Positions 51,615 to 64,000 of a stretch of 64,000 bases of DNA are shown here, piece by piece (the stretch's first letter is position 1; each line of letters begins with the position of its first letter). The position numbers and the translations under genes are program-made. This DNA comes from Camelus ferus. Its lineage: Eukaryota. The notes beneath the pieces were generated by a model. That model did no database searches. It was given only the letters and a program-made list of their open reading frames with translations, and was not told the DNA's origin. The stretch is taken from NCBI RefSeq assembly GCF_009834535.1, contig NC_045696.1, positions 54,066,001 through 54,130,000 on the forward strand, written 5' to 3'.

Positions 51615-52301
51615 AAAAATAAAAATCTGTATTGAAGTGTACTTGAGTTACAATGTTAGTTTTAGGTATCGAGCAAAGTGATTCAGTTATACCTACACAC
51701 ACACACAAATTTTTTTCTTTTCAGGTTCTCTTCCACTGTATGTTATTACAAGACATTGAATGTAGTTCCCTGTGCTATACAGTAGGTCCTTGCTGTTTAT
51801 TTATTTTGTATATAGTAATGTGTATATAGTAATCCCCAAGCCTTAATTTATCCCTCCCCATCCTTTCTCTTTTGGTAATCATAGTTTGTTTTCTACATCC
51901 ACGAGTCTGTTTTTGGTTTGTAAGTATAATTTATATCATTTTTTATAGATTCTGCATATAAATGATATCATATGATATTTGTCTTTGTCTGACTTCACTT
52001 AATATGATAATCTCTAGGTCCATCTATGTTGCTGTAAATGGCATTACTTCATTCTTTTTTTATGGCTTAGTAATATTACATTTTGTATATATACCACAGC
52101 TTATTTATCCAGTCATCTGTTAATGGACACTTAGGTTGTTTCCATGTCTTGGCTATTGTAAATAGTGCTGCTGTGAACACTGGGGTGCATGTATCTTTTC
52201 AAATTAGAGTTTTCTCCAGAAATATGCCCAGGAGTGGGATTGCTGGATCATAGGGTAATTCTATTTTTAGTTTTTAAGGAACCTCCATACTGTTACCCAT
52301 A
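51615..52301 (-). mobile_element. 5'-truncated L1 (3' UTR plus ORF2 end) with 14-bp TSD
   Basis: Antisense L1 text (tagttccctgtgctatacagtaggtcc; gtcttggctattgtaaatagtgctgc; aggagtgggattgctggatca). TSD taaaagctatactt 51601-51614 vs taaaaactatactt 52302-52315 (1 mismatch). Confidence 0.9.
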
Positions 52302-55300
52302 TAAAAACTATACTTTTGAAGCCATTGCTACAGAGAGGTATGCAGCTGGGCCCGAAAACACTGTTCTGAGCATCATTGAAGTAGTGTGCAGGGTCTACTG
52401 GAGCAGTTCAGAAGAACTAGTATTTTTTTTTTCTAGTATTTTTTTTTATTTATTTCTAACCAGATAGTTATAAAACTATTTAGCACTGATTCCTTAATCT
52501 ATGCCAAATTCTTAATTGAAAAGTAGCAAAATTGCCCTATATATTAGTTGGATATAAATTTCATACACAAAGAGGCCAGTGTTGCCTGAACCTTGGTGAA
52601 TTTTTAAAATACAAGTAACCTGCTGAAAGGGATCTGGGAAGGCTAAGTTCTTTCCAGCGACTTTATTTTGATTCTCTATCAGATCTACATCCAAAGCATT
52701 CCTCTAAAAACAGAATCTAAGTCAAAATACTGTATGTCCCATGCTCCCTTCAGCTTCAAGGCTAGTCTCTTAGCATTCCGCTTTCTTCTCCTTATGATGT
52801 TATCACTGTAAGTGCCTCCTATGCAAAAATGTCTAACACACCATTCAGCCAAGTACCATTCAGAATAACAACGTGACATTTTGTTCAGAACCTCATGTTC
52901 TAGGAAAACATTTTATGCTCATAAAAATAAACATAAACAGTCAAAATAAGTTCCATCTACAACAAGGGCATCATTTACACAAAAGAAAAATATTTCCTTA
53001 GTGTCTAACCTCTTTCTAGCATTCTTGCCTTTATACAAACCTATTTGTGTAATGAGCTCCTTTTAACTACTTTTCAGAAACTGAATATACCTTAGCAGTC
53101 TCGAAGAAAAAAACACACAGAGAACAAAAAGAAATCAAGGAAAAACAAGTAAAGTAAAAGGCTGAGGGAACAAGAGGTATTCCTCTCTTTCTGTAATCTT
53201 GCTTGTTTCTTTCCCACTGAGACAGCTGAAGGGATCTGCCAGAGATACCCCTGCAAAGGGAAAGTTTCAGAGATGAGAAGCCACTTCAAATTGACACAAG
53301 GCTGTTTTATCTGTCAGTCAAAGCAGGAGATGAACAGTGGAATAGCAACATTGTCACTAACATTATATTCCTTTTTTTCTAACACATAAATATTTTATTT
53401 CTCTTTTTTTCAAATTTATTATCTTATAATACTTTCCCAGGTGTAAAATGGTGTATTTTTGAGTTACTCCTAGTTCATAATAAATATTCAAATCTTCTCA
53501 TGCTTCATTGACATAAATTCTCTGAGTTCAAGACAACTGAAGCTAAGGGAGACATTACATTGCATCCCTGTGAGCAAATGCAACAATCTTTATCCCTGAG
53601 ATTGTAGCTACAGATCTGGAACTGCTTCTGAGGACTGGTTAGTTTTTCTAAGTATGACTGTGAGGTATCAGCAGCCTCTCCCACACTGCAAACAGGAGCC
53701 GGTGCTGGGATGCTATTGTCCCGGAAGGGCATGTGTTAATAAAACAAAGGATCAGTGTGATCAGAGCTTTCTACTCCCCTCAGTCTCCTGTGATTGTGTT
53801 TTCTGAGTACCCAGGAGATACAGCATGGCCTCCCTATGCCCAGTTGCAAAAGTAATATTGTTTCTTGTGAGGGGTAGGAAAATTTTAACCAAATCTTCCG
53901 GAGATGTGGCAAAAGGAATGTTTGTAGAGAGGGAAAGAGGAAAACCTTCCATTTTAAACCCGATGAACTTTGCATTGTATAAACCTGATCCAGGGTCACT
54001 GGGGTTTCTGGCAGCTGAGATAAAGGCTGGGTTTTATTACACCTACACGAAGAGATGAAGAAGAGGATATACAAATGTTTGTTAAATCGGTAACAATGTT
54101 AGGGCTCAGGAGAAGGAAAAAATGCCTTTATATGCCAAAAGGAATTTGAAGCTAGAGAAAAATGAAATATTTATCATAACAATATTGAAGGCAAAAGGTA
54201 ATTTCACATATGTCCATGAACCAGCTGCTTCAAAGGGTATATTTACACATTGAGAGATGACAGAGGGATTGAAAGGAGTAAAATCTATAAGCATTAAAGA
54301 TAGCATAATCAGAAATTGACATATTGTAACTGTACTTCAGTAATAACAAACAACCAAAAAAAGATAGCATAATCAACCCACGCTTACTTTCTTTGATTCC
54401 TTTTCCGTGGGATAGGAAGAGATCATCAACAGCATCCCTGCCATTTGTGCGACACCCCTTGTATGCAAAACAGCGAGCTAGGAACACTTTTTATTACTTC
54501 CTACCGAAGGAAATAAGACACCTCATCCTCAGCTTGCACAGACCAACTTTGAGCGGGCTGTCAGGGCAAAGTCGAAGGCATCATAGGAAAATCTTAAACA
54601 AGTAGACGAATAACTACATGATTGAATTAATTGGTACATGTGAAGTGCTCGAAGCCCACCCTACCCATATTACCTCTAGAGGTGAGAATTTCACCCATGC
54701 CAGAAAAAAGGGGAAAAAAGGAAACAAGGTACAATCTTATAAACCCATTAAATTCAACATAGGATTTTAGTATCTACTCTGTATTTAGCTTCATGTCAGG
54801 CCAATTCCTGTCCTCAAAACTTTTAATCTGATTGAGAAGAAAAACTAAAAAAATAATTTTAATTGTAACACCAGACAAGTAGTACCTAAATCAATGTTGA
54901 AGGGGGTTTAATGCTATTGACATCAAGAGAGTGGCTCTATCCCTGAGGGTAAGGGCAAGAGTTAAAATGAGATTGCAGTACTCTGCCCAGTCCACCCAAT
55001 GCTTCTGACATCTCTCTTTGGAGGACTTTGAGCTTTGGGTGTGCAGACCGGCTTTTATTCTAGTGGGAGTCATTTCCTAAGGAGAACATTTTTCTCCAAG
55101 AACAAGCTAGGGGTGGTAAGTAAGAAATGGGAGTTGATGAGAATATCTGCTGTCAAGAAAGACACAGAGCTATTTAGTGAAGAGCACATAATAATTAAGT
55201 TCTGTTACACAGTCTGAAGATACGCTATTGCTCCCCGAGATGGCCCTTCCCTCTGGCCAGCACTGGCGCTCGCATCCCCCCATGTGTTGTACCATCATGT

Positions 55301-57089
55301 CTTTATTCCTACCTTCCCTCCTTAAATCAAGGCAATAAATAATTTTTTTCCTAGAGACTTTCAGCAAGAAACTGGAGTATTCCTTAATACTGCATCTTTC
55401 ATTAGCAAATTCTGCTGCAATATAACACCCTTGAATTTATTCTTTATTGTCCTTTTCCCCCACAAATATATTGTAATTAATGAAGTACAGAGAACGAGCC
55501 TACCTTGTGGTATTCCAACAGCACTTGAGTTGGTACTGAGTATAGAAAAAACATTTATAAAGGGATGAATAAATAATTGAAGAGATGTGAACACAACTAA
55601 TATTAGCCCAGAATTCCTTCAGGATTATTAGAATTTTAGTATATAATACATATTTGTACCTTTTCCAGAAATTCAATTTAGAGCCATAACTGGTAAATTC
55701 AGAATTTTCTTGAGGGTTTTTTTCACCCCCTCCCCTACGCTATTGTAATTTCCAGAGAGACCTAAAACAAAACTGAATACTCAGACCTCATGTCCCCTTG
55801 TTAGCCAGTTTGACCACTCTGAGGCTTTGCTGGTGGAAACCTATTCCTTTTTATTTTAGGCTTCTTAATTTTCCTGTGGAGGTTAGTAATATTAATAGAC
55901 ACCGACAGTATATTTCAGCAAAAGACAATGAAAAATGTGGAAAAAGATGGCAATTTGATTATACCCCCAGAAGAGAAAACAAAGCAATGAAACATTTTTA
56001 TTCTAACTGTCAGTTTCTCTAAGATTAAGAGTTTGAGTCAGATAGTTTAAAGAAAGATACAAAGGAGCTTTACTGAGAACACAAGATATTTCTGTTGGGT
56101 CTATGACTGTCAAAGATGGGTGTGTAAAGGAATATAAGGGCGCTGCTGTCCTTAACAGGTAACAGTGATTGTGGACTTCATCACAAAATCCAACCCCTGA
56201 CTCTCCTACTTCCCTGCTATTTTGTTCATTTTTTAAATCTTTCTTTATCTACACCTTTCAGCCATTTGTATGCAGTTGCTGAATTTGAATTTACTCTCTT
56301 AAAGGTCTCACTACTGTGAGATGGAAGCCCAATATAAGCCACTGAAGAGGACAATCTAACAAAAGAAATAGCATGTTCTAGCTTCATAACCAAGAAACAC
56401 ACACAAAGGTTCTTTGCAAGTATCTATGCAACACCATCCATGCATTTACCACACATTTCATCCTAATGTCTCAACATTTATAACTTCTCAGCCAATATTA
56501 TTTTGGCTGTATTAGAGATCTGAGTTATTTTCACAACCATTTTAACAATGGTGAGCATTTTTACATGGTATTTATGAGTATCTGTGTGGTAAACGGTTTT
56601 ACAACCACCTTAGTTTTCCTCAAAAGGTATTTAAAAGAGAGGGAAAGGCAAGGCATTTCAATACATCTGGGATTAAAGCAGGTAAAGTTGAGTTAAGTAC
56701 AAATGAGACTTACGGTGCACACGACTACAGTGTGGAAGGTGGGTGATTTGAGATGGAAGCATCTAACCTGACATCGAATCCTTTCACCTCTCGCCCTGCC
56801 TCCTATCACTCTCTTCAATATATTTGGAAGCTATGTTTCAGCATTTCACTTCAGGTCACCCACCACTTCCACATCAATGTCACCTCCAAACTACTCTGTC
56901 CACGGAGTAGATGTCATTACGCACCACCCAATTCCCACCCCCTATGCAAGCTCGAGTCTCTTTTCAAAACCCATTTCACTGTACAGTTCTACCTGTATCC
57001 TTTTTATCAGAATAAATTATTCCTTCCTCCATTAAGTGTTTATGGTTTTTGAACACGTACATACATACCTTCTTTAGCCAAGCTGTATA

Positions 57090-57345
57090 GACATAATTCT
57101 TTCAAACTTTTCCCATAAGTCAGCTTCTTTCCTCTAATCAATTGTGAAACTCTTCTTTGGAGTCCTTCCAATCTGTCTACTTATTTTTGGTAGTCAGACA
57201 AACCAAACTGAATGGGGCATTCTAGAATAGGTCTCATGAATGTCATTGGGAGTGGAGCTGTCACCCTCTCTATTCCATGATGAAATGCTCTAAATAGAGT
57301 GCATCCAAAAATAACATTAGCCTTTTGGGTGCCACATCACACTGA
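57090..57345 (-). mobile_element. CR1/L3 LINE fragment
   Basis: ctcttctttggagtccttccaatctgtctac...ccaaactgaatggggcattctagaataggtctca...gagtggagctgtcaccctc resembles the antisense CR1 RT region. Confidence 0.65.
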
Positions 57346-58369
57346 AAATGTCTCTTTTCCCTTCTTCAGCTTTGTGTCTCCAGATGTCCCCCCAGCATAT
57401 CCGGGATGTATCCTCATCAGTCCAGATTCTTAAGAGAGTATGCTTTTTAATGTGGCTCATAAACATCCCCAATTTGTCCTTTAAAATTTTAAATCTTGTT
57501 TTTTTAAAAATATAATTCCTTAAGCTCTTCATGATTTTTCTTTATACATGTGTCCATCCAACCCAGGAAATTCCCAGGGGCTGTTTTTTTTTAAACATCT
57601 ATTTCTAATGTATCCCCATCGCTTAAGTCTTTTGCTAAGAATACCATTTTTTTTCTTTGACCCTTTCAGTTTAATTTAATAAACATCTATCGAATGCCTC
57701 CAATGTCATTCATTGTGTTAAACACTGGGAGTGGAGCAATGGAGAAAAAGTAATTTCTCTAGGAGAGTCAAGTACACAAACATAACTTGAATATCACCTA
57801 ATTCCTTTGTGGGCATTCTGAGCACAATTCTTCCTTTCGTTTCCTTACACCCTAAACAAAACATATATTTCTACCTGTCTTATTTCCACACTAACTTAAT
57901 CAATGTCTCTGAATGACACAGCTGTAATGTTTCTTAGTCTCTGGGGCTGAAAAACAGCAACTGGGCCCCAAGGACAAAGAGTAGAAGCATTTTATTAGGT
58001 GTAGCTGGTCCAGCCAACACTGTGGATCAGCCTTGTGAGGTGGGAGCACAGCCCCTAGTCTGGCCTATGCACTGGGCATCACTAGTAAACAACCTGGCTT
58101 CCAGAACACCCTGGAGAACTAGATTCTTCCTCCAGGAATCCGGACCAGCATCGTATGCCGTCCCCATCACTGATCTCTTTGCTTGTTTCACTTTGCCCAG
58201 TTTATGTTTCCGTTTTGTTTCTTTTGCAATTAAATTTAAAATTTTACTCTCACTCAGTAAGAAGTGTTTCAATCTTGAAAGACAGCCTGATTGGAAAAAA
58301 TATATATATTAGAAGAGAGTGTGGATTCTCATACAGGTCCTGGAGCAACATTACACCAAAGCATGATTT

Positions 58370-58580
58370 GTCTGAGTCCTGTCTTTGCCCTAAAACTACC
58401 AGCATTTAAATACAGCAGAAAAGGAATAATCACCCAGCCTGTCTATGCCTCAGTTTTTTAATGTGCAAAGTGGCCCCAGTAATCACGTCTCTGTCAGAGC
58501 TTGCTGCAAAGATTAAAGGTGTGGTAGAGCGCTCAATTAAATGCCTGGCCCACAACAAATGCTCCACAAACATCTGTTAG
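58370..58580 (+). mobile_element. MIR SINE
   Basis: ctatgcctcagttttttaatgtgcaaagtgg...gcaaagattaaag...tgcctggcccacaacaaatgctc. Confidence 0.75.
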
Positions 58581-59685
58581 TTCTGTGCTGGGCTGACTCT
58601 TTTTGGTGATCATTTCAGGTTGACTTGCAAACATCAGAACAGCACCACTGAAAGGTAAGCAAACCTTTCAGTGTCATTCTAATAAAGTTTATTAATGTAT
58701 ACCTATCACTCACCATGGCAAGCAAACTTCGTGTAATTGCTTTCAGGGCATCAGTCACCTGGTTTACTGAGGGTGAATTTTCCAGCGTCTTCTCTGCAGA
58801 TCCAGGAAAACCAGTGAACAAAAGGTAGAGATGCTGCTTTGGTGTGGAAAGCCGAACTCCTCTGCACCATTCACGGTTCCTCCAGCATCTTCTCTGACCT
58901 CCTGCCTCACCTCTATGCCTTTTTGACCTCACTGTTCAATGCCTTCTGTTCTGCACTGGTTTTTTACTTCTACCCCCACAACCCAGAGGCATAAATGCCA
59001 ATGAGTTTTGCATTTCAGAGTTGACGTCTTCTCAGCTGATAAATTTTATGCTGTAGTTGTTTTTCTCCAGCCTAGATTGAAGACCCCTAAATCAGGGGCT
59101 GCGCTGTCTTGCGCTGCTTGTCCTGCATCACATAAATCATCAGCAGATAAATCATCCTCATGACACTGCCAACTAACCCTGTGTGGTGCTGCCGGGCCCT
59201 CCTCCTTTCAAACTGTGTCCATTTTGTCTGAACTGGCTTCTAATCCCACCTTAATATTTAAATGAAAATGAATTAATTTGAAAATCAGAAGCCCTGTGAC
59301 AGAGCCTATTTAATTCTAAAATGAGCGGCATGATATTTCTTACACCTACTGCGACAAGAGCTTCTTCCTAAAAGAAATTATCTGGCATGTTTAGACAAGT
59401 TTGATAAAACTGTTTTCTTTCGTCATTCATAATTTTAATCATATCCAGAAGAAACTGATCCTTGGTCTTATTCCCTCTTTCTTTATAATCAAGTAAACTC
59501 TCTAAGTATTTACTCATCAGACATTAATAATTAATATCATGCTTCTTATTCTCCGGTCTCCTGGATTTATTATTATAGCTCCCTTTTCCTATTTGCCATA
59601 TTTTAACTTAAGCATTCCCTGTGGTCTCCAAATGGCTTATTAGATGGGTTACCTTATTATCTCATTTCCCATGATAACTTCTTTG

Positions 59686-60031
59686 TTTTTTCCCCCATAT
59701 TTTTATTGTGATATAATATCTGTAACATAAAATTTACCTGTAGCCAATTTTAAACGGTACAATTCAGCAGCATTAAGTACATTCTTAATGTTGTACCACC
59801 GTCACCACTATCCATTTTCAGAACTTTGTCATCATCCCTAACAGAAATTCGTTGTTTTAAAAGTTAAGCATAGTTGATTTACATTATGTTCAGGTGTACA
59901 ACATAGTGATTCAATATTTTTATAGATTATACTCCACTTAAAGTTATTATAAAATATTGGCTATATTCTCTGTGCTGTATAATATATCCTTACAGCTTAT
60001 TTATTCTATAAACAGTAGTTTGGACCTCTTA
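59686..60031 (-). mobile_element. Two abutting L1 3' ends (L1MB-like 59695-59850, L1MA-like 59851-60031) within one 17-bp TSD
   Basis: gtacaattcagcagcattaagtacattc...cagaactttgtcatcatccc, then catagttgatttaca...caggtgtacaacatagtgattc. TSD ccatgataacttctttg 59669-59685 vs ccatggtagcttctttg 60032-60048. Confidence 0.8.
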
Positions 60032-60844
60032 CCATGGTAGCTTCTTTGACTATTTGACATGTTGATGTTTTAAGAAGCTGTTGCTTCTGTTTCTTATTCT
60101 GTTTTGTTTTTTGATCAATTCTACTTACAGATATTCAAGCATGTTAACATTTACCTGTCAAAATACCTGACAGGTAAATATTTGTATATAATATTGTCAC
60201 ACTCAAACTATAAAATATTGATAAAATATTTACCAGGGATTAATTTTTCATATGCCACTAAAATATTTGCCTGACAATTTCATAGTTCAACAATTTCTTA
60301 GAGAATTGGCTTTGACCTCAAAATTTTAGCCAATTACCGTATTTACAGAACTCTTTTCTTATTCACTTAACAATCACCAAGCGACACTCATTGCTGTGAG
60401 TTAAAGGTACATTAGCAACAAGTGATTAGCCCCTTCTTTGACTCTCTTTTAATTTCAATAAACAGGAGAAAAACCACTTTTTAGTCTAAATATCTTGTCC
60501 CGTTGTAAAATACCAAAATGATGACCTTGGGGAAGAGCACCTCAGAATAAATCTGTAAGTAGGCTGCCGAGTCATCTGTTGAGGTCTCCTCTGAAACCTT
60601 TTAGGAATAAAAGGAAAATAATTTTACACCAAATTTTATGAAAAGGATAGTGGGAGTATTGATATTATTATTTATAAACTTTTGAAAATGGAGACTATAT
60701 CCAGCTAAAAAGGAGTCAAGTCCAGAGTTTGTCATGGGATCGTCACTTAGTAGGTATTCAAGAAACATTTGTTCAATGAATGTCAGAGTGTAAGGGGTTC
60801 ATGCAGCAGGGAGCAAAGGCCTGAGGAAAAATGGCAACACTAAT

Positions 60845-61080
60845 TACAGGTATTATTTATGAATTCCCTCTGTGTGTCAGGCAGGTTATTAAGTTTTTAC
60901 ATGCATTATTTAATCTTCACAATGACTATAAGAGGAAGTGATGTTATTAATCTCACTTCACAGATGAGGAAACTGAGGTTCATAGAAGTTAGTTCAGTCA
61001 TAGAGCTAGAAAATGGCAGAGGTGGAATTTTAACCCAGGGACTCTTGACTCTAAAACCAGTGTTCTCAACCACTATGTTT
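60845..61080 (-). mobile_element. MIR SINE, near full length
   Basis: tgtgtcaggca...atttaatcttcacaatgac...cagatgaggaaactgaggttcatagaagtt...tggcagaggtggaattttaacccagg. Confidence 0.9.
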
Positions 61081-63439
61081 TCTTCCTCTCATGACCACTG
61101 AGTCTTCCAGCCAGCAGACTGGAGAAATGGAGGGTGAGCTCTGGACAAGGGGTTTGTAACAGGAACAAAATATTTGTAGAAAGACTGAAGCTTGGTATAT
61201 GCCACCCAAGGTCTCAAAGTCTTTTTATAATTCTTTTTTTTTTTTTTTTTTTGAGGACAGAACTGGTTTCTGAATAGGAATGTATCTTAATCCAAAAGTT
61301 GAAATGAACAGCCTCAAGGGAAACAGAGGAGTAGCAGAGCCTGACAGTAACTCTTATAGGTTGTGTGTAAATAGTTTAGGGGGCTTAGCAGCTAAAACTG
61401 AGGGGAGAAATGCAGTTTATAGACACTGGAGAGCAACTATTCAGAAAGGAATATTTTTAAGTGTAGTCAAAAGTCATCCCAAATTTAGAAAATTATTGAT
61501 GGCTGCAAAAGTTTTCTAGATTGATTTTATAAACCACTGTGCAAATAAAATTAAAATAGCACCTTGAGATTCACCGAAGACTTGGGCTGAGCAAGGTACA
61601 AAATATAGACACAAATCTCCTCCCAGCTGCTTCTATTTAGGACAAACATGCCTGGATATTTTGAGCCCTATTATCAGCAAGGCAAAGGATGTTACTGAAC
61701 AAAGTCCTGAATAATTAGGAGAAATCAAGCAAAATCTCCTATCTATTTAAAACTTTGGTTGGATAAAATTAGGATTGCCTCTGCCGTGGGGTGCCTTTCA
61801 CCTCTAACCTGAGAGTAAGCTGACTCTGCCGTCAGGACAGTGCCCGGGGAAGGTGTGTCCCTGTCATGGAGCAAACCTGACCCTGAATCCAAACACAATC
61901 CTTCTCCCTTTAGAGAATCTATGAGCAGATCCTGCTTACCTCCACACTGCCTCTGAATGCACAACTTCAAATATGCTGGCAATCTGGACATAAGGAAACT
62001 AACATAGGTATAGGCAAGAGCAGAATTATTTTTATACTTGCCCCACGATGGAAATAACCCTCTTATGGTGAAGACTTTGATTAAGGCTGCCAATCCAAAA
62101 AGCCTTTCATTTAGTTTCTGTGATACAACTCATTTTTTTCTGTAGCTTAAGCTCCTTGACTTAATTTTCTAAATTCTATGACACCCAGACCAGCACTATA
62201 TTCTACAGTTTTAGGGTGTTCAGTAAATGATATGCCGTTATCAACATTCTGAAAGTTTGGCATTATGTTCCAAATGCTGACTTTTCTTCCTGGCAGGGGG
62301 AGGAGGGTAATCTAGAGCAGTAATTGAGCGCATCATTATTTGTCACTGATAATAGCTATACAAATCAAACATCAATCTACTAAAATGTTTCTCTGGTTTG
62401 GCCCTATACAGAATTCCAATTATGTCAAAATATTTAATCTCTGGAGGGGTAATATGAGTGTATGTGTCTCTGCATATATAAAAGTAGACACAAAGTCCTT
62501 GAAACACTCAACATCTGCTCAGCCAACATTTCAAGGGTATTTAAGCTTAATGCCATCAATATTAATTCACATATAAGATGAAAGTTTCAGCCTCAACCTT
62601 TGCTTAACAGTATTGAGTTAATCACCAACTATCCACTAAGATAGGGCCAGTCTACTGGCAATTGTGACCAAGTGCAGTAACGTTAGCAAAGAAAGTGCAA
62701 GAAGTCATGGCCAGGGAGTAAATGTCCAGGAAGGCACCTGGTAAGGGCATTTAATTGAAAGGAATGTGAGGACAGAGGTGGGGAAGCTGTAACTGGGAGA
62801 GAAAATGGAAAGCAGTGTTCACTGAAATCCAGCAAAGACAGATATTTGTATCAGAGATGCAGAATGGAAGTGGAGTGGACAGGAGAGCCTTGTTATTTCA
62901 CATTTTGGAGAAGGACTGAAAAAAGAAAAGACTCAAAAAGATTGCTTTTGAAATGTACATTATTTCTCTTACTGAGAAGGAGGAAGCTTCTATAACTCTA
63001 CCTCCTTTGCAACAAAACCGCTGCTTTCACTGCCTTCTAGGTAAGTGTCACCTTCATCTCCAGACCTTGTCTGTCCCTGGCAATGGCTGAAAGGCATTCG
63101 CCCTGGACTCCTGTGAATATGTCATCTAATGAAGACATCTATTAATATGGGCACATTACAGCTCGCCATCTGGCTCTGCCTCTCAGACCGCCCTCCTCCC
63201 TATAGATCTGCACACACAGAGCGCACTGTGCCTAATCAATTATTTATCCATTTCCCTCAGTGCCCAACAGACCCAGCCTCCGCTCTCTGCTGTAAGGCTG
63301 CTGAGGGCTGGTGACACACATTTCAGGCCTGAAAACACTTTTCACCCAAACCCAACATTGAGCACTATAAAGTGCTCATATTATCCTCATTCTGTCCTTT
63401 CCTCTGGATCCCCTTGGGGGTCCCCTTCACAAAACACAC

Positions 63440-63650
63440 TCTGAAATCAGACTCTGGAGGGAACCCAACTTTTCCTCCAACTTGTGTCCTTGGAAAGTTG
63501 GTTAACTTCGTTTGCCTCAGTTTCCTCATCTGCAAAATCGAGATGATCATGGGACCTGTACCATTAGAACAGGCTTGTTTTGATTAGTAAATGAATAAGG
63601 GTATGTAAAGAGCTTAGACTAGTACTTGGCCCATAGTAAGCAAAGTTATT
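63440..63650 (+). mobile_element. MIR SINE
   Basis: ctctgaaatcagac...tgtgtccttggaaagtt...gcctcagtttcctcatctgcaaaatcgag...cttggcccatagtaag. Confidence 0.9.
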
Positions 63651-64000
63651 TTGTTATTTTTCCCTCTTTTATCTGACCACATGTCTTAATCTGCTCATTC
63701 TTTTTTCATATTTATCTTCATTTTTCTTAGAGTGTCTGTAACAAAAACAGCCTGTATCTTTTTCACATTATTCTTTTCATACCTTTTCAGCCTTTCCCTT
63801 TTCAACAATAATAACATATTGTCCTTCTAACTTGCTCTTATTCTTTACCCTGGTTTTCTTTGTAATTTTACCTTTTTTGTTCACTCTTAACTCTCTAATA
63901 TTTCTCCTTTGCATCTCTTTTTGTCACTTCAAGAACTTTTTCCAGGCACAAACCAAGAATGAGCTAAATTGCTATAGTAAATTTAATTGTCATAGTATTT

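Noticed and set aside
60859..61101. ORF containing QMRKLR (also at 63365-63550)
   Set aside because: Translation of the MIR core.
1..64000. CRISPR arrays, operons or other prokaryote-like systems; naming the host gene
   Set aside because: No regularly spaced repeats or long ORFs, and the sequence is clearly mammalian. No exon matched a protein I recognise, so no gene symbol is given.

Overview
AT-rich, repeat-dense mammalian non-coding DNA (a large intron or intergenic region). Two tRNA-derived SINEs match the camelid Vic-1 family as I recall it, so the source is probably a camelid (alpaca, llama or camel); this is an inference. I recognise no protein-coding gene, RNA gene or CRISPR array. 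The ORF track is explained by repeats, microsatellites and chance, apart from an L1 ORF2 C-terminal remnant. Repeats include L1 3' ends (several with readable target-site duplications, TSDs), L2, MIR, CR1/L3, MamSINE1, MaLR/ERVL LTRs and small DNA transposons. Family names come from recalled consensus sequences, not a database search, and the boundaries of old repeats are approximate. Best-supported observations: (1) a young L1 carrying a ~190-nt 3' transduction inside a perfect 14-bp TSD (34071-34883); (2) a 5'-inverted (twin-primed) L1; (3) two L1 3' ends inside one TSD; (4) a repeat-poor block at 28.4-32.1 kb with promoter-like motifs and candidate exons on both strands, lying between divergent CTCF motifs. 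I see no convincing new biological system. All exon and regulatory calls are hypotheses.
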